This document shows, one piece after another, positions 11,760 through 19,850 of a stretch of DNA of 64,000 nt. Source of the stretch: Planctomycetota bacterium (GTDB taxonomy: Bacteria > Planctomycetota > UBA1135 > UBA2386); assembly GCA_046290465.1 (NCBI GenBank), contig JBKAGP010000001.1, positions 2,688,001 through 2,752,000 of the forward strand. The letters are read 5' to 3'. The position numbers and the translations under genes are program-made. Numbering within the stretch: position 1 is the stretch's first letter; each line of letters opens with the position of its first letter. The notes under the pieces are model-generated. The model was not told the origin of the DNA and did no database searches. It was given only the letters and a program-made list of their open reading frames with translations.

Positions 11760-12671
11760 TCAGCTTCGGATCGCGACCGCTTCGGTCTCGGCCACGACGT
11801 GGTCGACGATCCACTCGATCACGCGTTCGGGGCCGACGAGGTCCTGCCAGGTCACACCGGCAGCCCTCGCCATGTCGATCAGCTCGGCCTGCAGCGAACG
11901 CACGGCATCGAAGCGGATCACGTGGCCGGCGCCCGAACCGGCCGGGTCGGACCGCATGCGACGCATCATCAGGCCGCGGTGCAGCGACTCGTCCTGCAGC
12001 GTCAGCAGCAACTCGAGCACCAGCGCGTCGCTGCCTCGTGCGGCCAGCGCGGCGCGCACGCCGCCCGGAACCAGGTGGGAGCCGACCAGGATCACGCTGC
12101 GACGTTCGTCGACCATGCGGCCGGCGACCGCAGCGGCAGCACCGCAGACCGCGCTGGCCTGGCGGTGGAAGCCCTGCGCGGCGCCGGCGCGATCCCGGCC
12201 CAGCGTCGCGTGCGCGGGCAGGTGCAGTTCTGGCAGCGCGGATTCGGGGATCGTCGTGCGCAGCACCTCGCGCAGGCCGTCGGTGGGGATCACCCGCCGG
12301 ACCCCCAGCGGTTCGGCGAGGCGGGTGGCGACGGTCGACTTGCCGACGCCCGGAGCCCCCATCAGGCACAGCACCAACGGCCGCCCGCTGTGGCGGAACC
12401 GCCGCCACGCGCGGAAGCGCTCGGCCCCCGATGCGCCGACCTCCGCTTCGAGGACCGCGGCGGCCAGCTCGGCGAGGTCGCCAGACGACAGCTCGTGTTC
12501 GTGCCGCTGGTGCAGGCCGTCAACGAGCTGGCCCGCCAGGCGGAAGGCGGTCGGCGCGTCGACGCCGGCGACGCGCAGGCTGGTCGCCAGCGTCTCCACC
12601 GAGAACGGCAGCGTCACGCCGGCACGGTTGCGGATCAATACGAGTTGCGATGAGCGGTTCTCGGCATGCAT
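11760..12671 (-). CDS. 2-phosphoglycerate kinase-like protein with ATP-cone
   Basis: N-terminal PFS...LA.SL ATP-cone-like segment; GAPGVGKST P-loop; TDGLREVLR; similarity to Pgk2 family recognised by eye. Confidence 0.7.
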   Translation of the reverse strand: MHAENRSSQLVLIRNRAGVTLPFSVETLATSLRVAGVDAPTAFRLAGQLVDGLHQRHEHELSSGDLAELAAAVLEAEVGASGAERFRAWRRFRHSGRPLVLCLMGAPGVGKSTVATRLAEPLGVRRVIPTDGLREVLRTTIPESALPELHLPAHATLGRDRAGAAQGFHRQASAVCGAAAAVAGRMVDERRSVILVGSHLVPGGVRAALAARGSDALVLELLLTLQDESLHRGLMMRRMRSDPAGSGAGHVIRFDAVRSLQAELIDMARAAGVTWQDLVGPERVIEWIVDHVVAETEAVAIRS

Positions 12672-12848
12672 GGTTCTTCCCCTTGTCGAGCGCGCGAACG
12701 CGCGACGCCCGTGTCGCACGGATCGCCGAGCCGGCCGCCGCGGTTGCATCGAACGTGCAGCCGTCCCGATGCGAGACGCGCCGCGCGGAGGCCCGATGGC
12801 AACGGGACGACCCGTCGATCTGCGGTGCCGCGCGGCCACGGCGCCCGG

Positions 12849-14345
12849 TCAGAACACACCGACCGTCAGCGAGAACGCATCGGTCGCCCACGCCGTCCCC
12901 AATCCGCCCGTCGCCGGAAGTTCGACGACCAGGGACTGGTGGTGCCAGCTCGCCCCCCCGAGCGACGGGTCCGCCGGCAACGTCCAGGTCCACGCGTGCT
13001 GCGTGCCCGTCGCGACCGCCAGGTCGACGAACTCGGGCTGCACGTGCAGCACGCAGCCGGCCGCCGCGGTCGGCAGCACGTTGCCGAGCGGCAGCGCGGC
13101 CGGGGTCGAACCGGCGACCAGGGCGACGATCGCCGGCGCGGCGATGCCCGTGACGTTCGCCGACCAGGTGCCGCCGGCGAACGACGTGCCGGCGTCGAGC
13201 GACGGGCCACCGCAGCCGGCCGCGAGCTGCGTGGCCGCCGCCGGACAGGTCGTGGTGCGGCGCGCCAGGTACGGACTGCTGACCCCGTTGACGGTCTGGA
13301 ACGACCCCGCCAGCACCAGCTCGCCCTCGAAGACCTCGCCGTCGCGCGCGCTGCCGGTCCCGAACGTGACGCCGAGCGAACTCCAGGTGGTCCCGTCCCA
13401 ACGGGCCGCGCCGCTGACCGGCACGCCGTTGAGCAGCGAGAAGAAGCCGAACGCACCGAGCGTGCCGTCGGGAAGCTCGACGAACCGGTTGACCACGTTG
13501 TTGCTCTGGTTCGACATCGAGTGCCAGGTGTTGCCCTCGAGCCGCGCCACCCGGTCCGCGGCCACGCCGTCGATCGACGTGAACCAACCGCTGACGACGA
13601 GGTCGCCGTCAGGCCGTTCGTGGATCGCGCGGATCGCGCCGTTGCAGGAAGAAGCCAGCGGCTGCCACGACGTGCCGTCCCAGCGCGCCAGCCGCTGGAT
13701 CGGCGTGCCGCCGGAGTTGAGGAACTGCCCGCCCGCGATCAGGTCGCCGTTGCTGCGCACGCACAGCACTTCGACGAGGTCGTCGAAGCCTGCCGCCATC
13801 GGGAACCAGGCACCGTTGCTGCGGCGCGCGATCCGGCTCGCGCTGACGCCGCCGGCCGCCGACAGGTAGCCGCCGACGACCAGGTCGCCGTTGGGCAGCA
13901 CGGCGTGGCAGTAGACGGCACCCTGCACGACGTAGCCCGCGCCCCAGCCGCTGCTGCCGAAGCGCGCCAGGTTGGCGCTCGGCTGGCCACCGGCCATCGA
14001 GAAGTCCCCGCCGATCAGCAGCGAACCGTCGGGCAGTTCGCCGAGCGTGCGGATGGTGCCGTTGACGCCGTTGGTCCCGACGCCCTGCAGGGCATGCCAC
14101 TGGCTGCCGTCCCAGCGCGCGATGCGATTGGCCGGCACGCCGCCGATCGAGGTCAGCCCGCCGGCGACGACCAGGTCCCCACCCCATCGTCGCACGTGCC
14201 AGAGCGAGTTGCCGGCGACGACCGACGTCTGGGTCGGGCCCGCCGCGATGCCGTGGCTCGGCAGCACGACGGGCTGGCACTGGCACGGCAGCACGCAAGC
14301 GGCCGACAGGACGGAGGCGAGGAAGACGGCACGAACGTGGTCCAT
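12849..14345 (-). CDS. secreted beta-propeller protein with ARWDG repeats and C-terminal Cys-containing domain
   Basis: Signal peptide; about 6 repeats of GDLVxGGxF...IARWDGxxW; C-terminal GCGG...GCVL...LTVGVF domain. Confidence 0.75.
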   Translation of the reverse strand: MDHVRAVFLASVLSAACVLPCQCQPVVLPSHGIAAGPTQTSVVAGNSLWHVRRWGGDLVVAGGLTSIGGVPANRIARWDGSQWHALQGVGTNGVNGTIRTLGELPDGSLLIGGDFSMAGGQPSANLARFGSSGWGAGYVVQGAVYCHAVLPNGDLVVGGYLSAAGGVSASRIARRSNGAWFPMAAGFDDLVEVLCVRSNGDLIAGGQFLNSGGTPIQRLARWDGTSWQPLASSCNGAIRAIHERPDGDLVVSGWFTSIDGVAADRVARLEGNTWHSMSNQSNNVVNRFVELPDGTLGAFGFFSLLNGVPVSGAARWDGTTWSSLGVTFGTGSARDGEVFEGELVLAGSFQTVNGVSSPYLARRTTTCPAAATQLAAGCGGPSLDAGTSFAGGTWSANVTGIAAPAIVALVAGSTPAALPLGNVLPTAAAGCVLHVQPEFVDLAVATGTQHAWTWTLPADPSLGGASWHHQSLVVELPATGGLGTAWATDAFSLTVGVF

Positions 14346-14388
14346 GCCGTCCCGATCGAGCGGCGCCGGGCCGCGTCTCGCAAAACCC

Positions 14389-14448
14389 CGAATCCCCCCA
14401 ACTCCCGAATACCCCCAACTCTCGAATACCCCCAACTCTCGAATACCC
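14389..14448. repeat. 17-bp tandem repeat, about 3.5 copies
   Basis: CGAAT(A/C)CCCCCAACTC(T/C) at 14389, 14406, 14423 and partial at 14440, in a divergent intergenic region. Confidence 0.9.
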
Positions 14449-14556
14449 GAGGTGCGCTTGCGCCGGACGGCCCCGGGGCCCAGTCTCGCGAGACCGGCAC
14501 AAGCCGGGACGCGGAAAAGCCGATGCCAACGACGGGCCAGTGGCCCGGAGCACCCG

Positions 14557-15456
14557 ATGACCGAGACCCCGAAGACCCCCACCCAGAACGACGCGCAGGC
14601 CCACAGCTACCGGATCGCCGCGATCCGGAACTCGACGTCCTACCGCCAGGCGCACACCGATCCGGACTTCATGGGTCGCAAGGAGCTGCGGCCGGTCCGC
14701 CTGCAGCTCGAGCTGCTGAAGCCGGAGCTGATCCAGGAGGAGGAGGGCGTGCGGTCGACGGTGGTCGTGTTCGGCGGCACCCGCGTCGTCGAACGCTCGG
14801 ACGGCGAACAGCGTCTCGCCGCCGCCCGCGAGGCGCTCGAGGCCGACCCGGACGATCCGAACAAGCAGCGCGCGGTGCGGATCGCCGAGAACGTGCTGAA
14901 GAAGGCCGGCTACTACGACGAGGCCCGCGAGTTCGGCCGGCTGGTGTCGGGCAGCTGCCAGATCGACCACACCTGCGACTACGTGATCAGCACCGGCGGC
15001 GGCCCCGGCATCATGGAGGCCGCCAACCGCGGCGCCTTCGACGTCGGCGCCAAGTCGATCGGGCTCAACATCACGCTGCCGTTCGAGCAGGAGCCCAACA
15101 GCTACATCACCCCGGCGCTGTGCTTCGAGTTCAAGTACTTCGCGATCCGCAAGATGCACTTCCTGATGCGGGCGAAGGCGATGGTCGCGTTCCCCGGCGG
15201 CTTCGGCACCATGGACGAACTGTTCGAGGCGCTGACGCTGATCCAGACCAAGCGCATGGAGCCGATCCCGGTGATCCTGTTCGGCCGTGACTACTGGAGC
15301 CGACTGGTCAACTGGGACCTGTTCGTCGAGGAGGGCACGATCTCGCCCAAGGACCTCGACCTGATCAGCTACGCCGAGAGCGCCGAGGAGTGCTGGCAGC
15401 TGATCAAGGACTTCTACAAGGACCGCGCCGGCGAGACGCTGCCGCGCGGCCAGTAG
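14557..15456 (+). CDS. LOG family (TIGR00730-type) nucleotide phosphoribohydrolase
   Basis: TGGGPGIMEAANRGA, FxYFxxRK, PGGFGTMDE motifs. Confidence 0.9.
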   Translation: MTETPKTPTQNDAQAHSYRIAAIRNSTSYRQAHTDPDFMGRKELRPVRLQLELLKPELIQEEEGVRSTVVVFGGTRVVERSDGEQRLAAAREALEADPDDPNKQRAVRIAENVLKKAGYYDEAREFGRLVSGSCQIDHTCDYVISTGGGPGIMEAANRGAFDVGAKSIGLNITLPFEQEPNSYITPALCFEFKYFAIRKMHFLMRAKAMVAFPGGFGTMDELFEALTLIQTKRMEPIPVILFGRDYWSRLVNWDLFVEEGTISPKDLDLISYAESAEECWQLIKDFYKDRAGETLPRGQ

Positions 15457-15468
15457 CGCCCGCGCCGC

Positions 15469-16281
15469 TCAGCGCTGCCGGAACAGCAGCGCCGACAGGT
15501 CGTCCGGCTTGCCGACGACGCGGCGGTCGGCCTGGGCCATGCGCTGCGAAGCGAGCGCGAGCAGGCGCTCCGCCGCGGCCGGCAGCGGCCCCTTGCGCAC
15601 CACCTCGACGACCTCGTCGACGGTCAGGTTGTCCCACAGCCCGTCGCTGGCCAGCACCACGGTGTCGAACGGCGCCAGCCGGATGGCGCTCGCCACCTCG
15701 ACGCGCATGCCCGCCATGCCGACGCAGTTGGACAGCAGGTGCCGGTCCTCGTGGCGCAGGCCGGCGCCGGCGTCGAGCATGCCGGACTCGACCGCGTAGC
15801 CGACCGGCGAATGGCTGACGGTGCGGTGCTTGACGCGACCGCGCTGGCCGACGACCAGCAGCTCGGAGTCGCCCGCGTGGCAGGTGCGCAGTTCGCCGCC
15901 CGCGACGATCGCGCACAGCACCGTGGTCGCGCTGCCGCCGCCGTCCTGCAGCAGACCCTGGTTGGTGTCCTCGATCGCCGCCATCGTCGCCGCGCGCAGC
16001 GCGCCGCCGTCGGGCGCGGCCTCGCTCCAGGCGGCCGACACGGCCTGCACGACCCTGCCGGCGGCCACGTGGCCGCGCGGCGCGCCGCCGACGCCGTCGG
16101 CGACCACCAGCGCGGTCGCCGTCGGCGACGACCAGACCGCCGCGGCGTCCTCGCACGGCTCGTCGCCGGTGCGCGTCGGCGAGCGCTGCAGCACCAGCAC
16201 GGCGCGCCCACCGGGCAGCTCGACCTGCTCGAGCGCCGGCGCGTCGGCCGCCAGCCAGCGCTTGCACGCAGCGGCGCTCAC
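15469..16281 (-). CDS. PP2C-family Ser/Thr phosphatase
   Basis: CED, VADGVGG, HAGDS, LASDGLWD, DD motifs; GTG overlaps kinase TGA. Confidence 0.88.
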   Translation of the reverse strand: MSAAACKRWLAADAPALEQVELPGGRAVLVLQRSPTRTGDEPCEDAAAVWSSPTATALVVADGVGGAPRGHVAAGRVVQAVSAAWSEAAPDGGALRAATMAAIEDTNQGLLQDGGGSATTVLCAIVAGGELRTCHAGDSELLVVGQRGRVKHRTVSHSPVGYAVESGMLDAGAGLRHEDRHLLSNCVGMAGMRVEVASAIRLAPFDTVVLASDGLWDNLTVDEVVEVVRKGPLPAAAERLLALASQRMAQADRRVVGKPDDLSALLFRQR

Positions 16282-17075
16282 GCCCGCCTCCCGTTGCGCA
16301 GCCGGCGGTCCAGCTGGCGACGCGCCTCGTCGAACGCACGCAGCATCTGCCCGGCGTCGCGGTAGCGCTTGCGCGCCTCGGGCTCGAGCGCGCGCTGCAG
16401 CACCGGCAGGAATTCGCGGGCGCGCCGACGGATCTTGTCGCGGCCGACCAGCGGCCAGCGATACGGCCATTCGGGCAGCACCCCGGCCAGCAGGCGGTAG
16501 ACGATCAAGCCCGCCGAGAACACGTCCGAACGCGCGCTGGGCCGCCCCATCGCCTGTTCGGGCGCCACGTAGCCGACCGTTCCGGACGACGAGGCCTGCA
16601 GGGTCCGCACCGAGTTCTTGGCCAGCCCGAAGTCGCCGAGCTGCGCGGTGCCGTCCTCGAACAGGATGACGTTGTCGGGCTTGACGTCGCAGTGGATGAC
16701 GCGGCGTTCGTGCGCGTAGGCCAGCGCCGCCAGCAGCTGCCGGCCGTAGCTGAGCGCGTTGTCGAGCGACATCCGGTACGACAGCCGTTCCTGCAGCGAG
16801 CGCTGCCCCATCGGGTAGGCCAGCGTCAGCCGGCCGTCGAGCATGTCCGCGTTCTTGAGGCGCAGCACGTTGGGGTGGTCGAGGCTGGCGCTGATGCGGA
16901 TCTCACGCTCGAAGTCGGCGCGAACGTCCGCGTCGAGCCGTTCGGCGAGCGGGACCTTCAGCGCGACGGTCAGCCGCTCGAGCGTGTCGTACGCCTCGAA
17001 CACATCGGCGAAGCCGCCGCGCGCCAGGCGGCGGCGAAGCTTGTACTTTCCGAGCCTGCCGCCCACACGCAACAT
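16278..17075 (-). CDS. single-domain cytoplasmic Ser/Thr kinase
   Basis: ARGGFADV, VALK, HCDVKPDN, DFGLA, APEQ, DVFSAG; no TM or sensor domain. Confidence 0.9.
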   Translation of the reverse strand: MLRVGGRLGKYKLRRRLARGGFADVFEAYDTLERLTVALKVPLAERLDADVRADFEREIRISASLDHPNVLRLKNADMLDGRLTLAYPMGQRSLQERLSYRMSLDNALSYGRQLLAALAYAHERRVIHCDVKPDNVILFEDGTAQLGDFGLAKNSVRTLQASSSGTVGYVAPEQAMGRPSARSDVFSAGLIVYRLLAGVLPEWPYRWPLVGRDKIRRRAREFLPVLQRALEPEARKRYRDAGQMLRAFDEARRQLDRRLRNGRRA

Positions 17076-17111
17076 CGTCGCCGCAGCATAGCGCGGCCAT
17101 CGGCCGCGGTT

Positions 17112-17552
17112 CTACTTGCCCTTCTTGCCCTTGGGCTCCTTCTTGGCCTTCTTGGCCTTCTTCGGCTTGGCGTCCTTCTTCGGCTCGCCCTTCTTGTCGG
17201 CCTTGGCCTGCAGCTCGGCGATCAGCTTCTCGGCGCCTTCCTTGTCGATCGACGGCTTGACGACCTTCATCTTCTTGGCCTTCGGCGCCGGCGTGGAGAA
17301 CTTCTCCTTGTTCTTCTTCGCCTCCTTGGCCGCTTCCTTGTGCTCGGCCACGGCCTTCTTGTGCTCGGCCTTCAGCTCCTTCTTGAGCTCGGCGACACCG
17401 GCCTTGGTGACGATGCGGTATTCCTGGTCGACCTGGACCACGGCGTAGAGCACCGGCTTGTCCTGGGTCTTCTTCTGCGCCACGGCGGGAGCCGCGGTGG
17501 CGGCGACGAGCAGGGACAGCAGAGCAACACGAGCGAACGGGATACGGGTCAT
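17112..17552 (-). CDS. exported lysine-rich hypothetical protein
   Basis: Signal peptide (AVA-Q), strong GC3 codon bias, GAGG RBS, KKAKKAKK tail. Confidence 0.75.
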   Translation of the reverse strand: MTRIPFARVALLSLLVAATAAPAVAQKKTQDKPVLYAVVQVDQEYRIVTKAGVAELKKELKAEHKKAVAEHKEAAKEAKKNKEKFSTPAPKAKKMKVVKPSIDKEGAEKLIAELQAKADKKGEPKKDAKPKKAKKAKKEPKGKKGK

Positions 17553-17553
17553 T

Positions 17554-18303
17554 TCAGTCGTCCTCCTTTGGACGTTGGGTGCCCTGGGCTAGCAACGTGT
17601 GTGCCGCGCCGGTCTCGGTCAGCCACGCACACCACTCGGACAGCGCCGCGAACACCCGTTCGCGCTGCTCCGGGTAGGCCGGGGAGGTCGTGCGCGACAG
17701 CTCGACCTGCACCCACGGCATGCGCTGGCCGTGCGTGCGGGTGATGTAGCCCCCGGCGAACGGCTCGTCGATGGTGACGTCGCCGCCGAAGTGCGCCGCG
17801 AACGCGTCGCGCAGCCGCTCGACCCAGGTCCGATCACAGCTCGCGCCTCCGACGTGGCCGAGGCACACCGCCGGACGCCGAACGCCCGGATCCGGACCGA
17901 TCGGAGGCCCGACGTCCGACATCGTGTGGCAGTCGACCCCGGCGAACACCGCGGTCGGCGCCGCCAGGAGCCGCTGGTGGTAATCCGTGTGCAGCTCCAG
18001 CAGCCGGGCGACGTCAGCCGGCTCCAGCGGCGTGCGCCAGACAGGCTCCTGCCAGCAGGTGGTGGTCTTGACGACCCCGTCGGCCCGCTCCTGGTCGTCG
18101 GGCGCGCGGTTCATGTCGAGCACGGCCCGGGCCACCGGCGTGCTCACGAACGCCGCGACGCGGTCGCGCAGGTCGTAGATCTGGCCGGCCCCGACGTCGC
18201 CGTCGGCGACCAGCTGGGCGTCGTCGAGCAGGCATCGCTCGCGCAGCCAGTCCGGCACCTGCAGGCCGGCGTGCGGCACCGACAGCAGCAGCGGCAGGAT
18301 CAC
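17554..18303 (-). CDS. N-formylglutamate amidohydrolase family protein
   Basis: LSVPHAG, DMNR, YH, DCHTM, PFAGGYIT, QVE motifs; GTG overlaps GGT stop. Confidence 0.85.
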   Translation of the reverse strand: MILPLLLSVPHAGLQVPDWLRERCLLDDAQLVADGDVGAGQIYDLRDRVAAFVSTPVARAVLDMNRAPDDQERADGVVKTTTCWQEPVWRTPLEPADVARLLELHTDYHQRLLAAPTAVFAGVDCHTMSDVGPPIGPDPGVRRPAVCLGHVGGASCDRTWVERLRDAFAAHFGGDVTIDEPFAGGYITRTHGQRMPWVQVELSRTTSPAYPEQRERVFAALSEWCAWLTETGAAHTLLAQGTQRPKEDD

Positions 18304-19850
18304 GCGCCCACCGCCGCGCCGTCCCGGCGCAGGTCGGCGACCCCGACCATGCCGTCGCGTTCGCGCGCCACGGCCTGCACACACCCGAGGTAGAACGAGA
18401 ACGGTTCGACCTCGCGCACCGTGAAGCCGCGCCGCAGCAGCGCCTTGGGGATGTCGGAGCGCATCCGGGACGCCTCGAGGGCGACCTGGCCGGCGACGCT
18501 GGTGTGCAGCCGCGGCGCCGAGATGGCGTCCATCAGCGACTGGCTGCGCAGCCGGTCGAGCACCTGCGCGACCGCCGAGACGATCCGTTCGCTGCCCGGT
18601 GAGCCGAGCACGACCTTGGGCCGCTTGCCCTGCATGACGATGGTCGGCGCGACGCTCGCCCACGGCACCGCGTTGGGCCGCAGGAAGTACGGGTGCGAGA
18701 TGTCCGAGTGCTCGAAGGCACTCATGTAGTTGTTGTAGAGGAAGCCGAGCTCCGGGCTGGCCGCGAACGAGCCGTAGACCCGCTCAATCGACTGCGTCAG
18801 CGCGACCGCGCAGCCGTCGGCATCCATCACCGACAGGTGCGTGGTCTCGCCCGAGGTGCGCACCCGCGCCCGGATCTGCCGGGCGACCACGCGGGCGTAG
18901 TCGTCGTCGAGCAGCCGGCGGTCCTGCACCTGCTGGAAGAAGTTCGGATCGAACGGCCGATCGTGCCGGTCGAGCATCGCCCGCCGCACGACCTCCGCGA
19001 GCACGATCGCGCCCTCGGCGGTGTCGGCCCGGCGTCGCTTCTCGGGGAACTGCTCGAGCAGCTTGAGGATGTGCAGCAGCGAGCGGCCGGCGCCGGCCGG
19101 CGGCATCGAGAACACCCGCATCGTCTCGAACCGGCCGCTGACCGGCCGGCGCTCGACCGGACGCGGCACCTGGGCCAGGTCGTCGAGCTGCAGCAGCCCG
19201 CCGTTGCGCTCCATGTCGGCGACGATCGCGCGCGCGGTCTCACCGAGGTAGAAGTCGTCGACGCCCTGCTCGGCCAGCCGCCGCAGCGTGCCCGCCAGCA
19301 CCGGCTGCCGGAACACCTCGCCGACCTCGTACGGGTCCTTGCCGTCCTTGAGGAAGAACCGCGCCGCGGTGCCGTTGCGCAGGTGCTCGAGCTCGCGCAG
19401 CGTCAGGCGGTGCTGCAGCGCCGAGACCTGGAAGCCGTCCTCGCACAGCGCGATCGCCGGCTCCAGCACCTTGGACCACTTCAGCTTGCCGTAGCGCTCG
19501 AGCACGTAGGCCAGCGCGGCCGGCGTGCTGGGCACCGTGGTCGCGCGGTGGCCGCGCAGCCGTTCTTCCTTCTCGAGCTCGGCCGGGGGCGTGCGGTGCG
19601 GGGCGCGCGACGAGCCGTCGATCGCGACCGTTCGCTGCCCCGGCACGTGCAGCATCATCATCGTCTGGCCGCCGAGGCCCGACGCCGCCGGCTCGCAGAC
19701 GCCGAGCGTCAGCGCGGTGGCGATCGCCGCGTCGACGGCGTTGCCGCCGGCCGCGAACATCGCGGCACCGGCCTCGCTGGCCTTGTAGTGCGCCGACGCG
19801 ACGACGCCTCGCTTGCCGAAGGCGACCCGCTGCGGGAAGACCTCGGTCAT
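18300..19850 (-). CDS. ggt: gamma-glutamyltransferase family protein (cytoplasmic)
   Basis: GGNAVDAA, SGLGG, ETTHLSV autocleavage Thr, GSPG, APRLH; no signal peptide. Confidence 0.9.
   Translation of the reverse strand: MTEVFPQRVAFGKRGVVASAHYKASEAGAAMFAAGGNAVDAAIATALTLGVCEPAASGLGGQTMMMLHVPGQRTVAIDGSSRAPHRTPPAELEKEERLRGHRATTVPSTPAALAYVLERYGKLKWSKVLEPAIALCEDGFQVSALQHRLTLRELEHLRNGTAARFFLKDGKDPYEVGEVFRQPVLAGTLRRLAEQGVDDFYLGETARAIVADMERNGGLLQLDDLAQVPRPVERRPVSGRFETMRVFSMPPAGAGRSLLHILKLLEQFPEKRRRADTAEGAIVLAEVVRRAMLDRHDRPFDPNFFQQVQDRRLLDDDYARVVARQIRARVRTSGETTHLSVMDADGCAVALTQSIERVYGSFAASPELGFLYNNYMSAFEHSDISHPYFLRPNAVPWASVAPTIVMQGKRPKVVLGSPGSERIVSAVAQVLDRLRSQSLMDAISAPRLHTSVAGQVALEASRMRSDIPKALLRRGFTVREVEPFSFYLGCVQAVARERDGMVGVADLRRDGAAVGA

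Noticed and set aside
14389..14448. CRISPR array
   Set aside because: Repeats are contiguous 17-mers with no spacers, and there are no cas genes.
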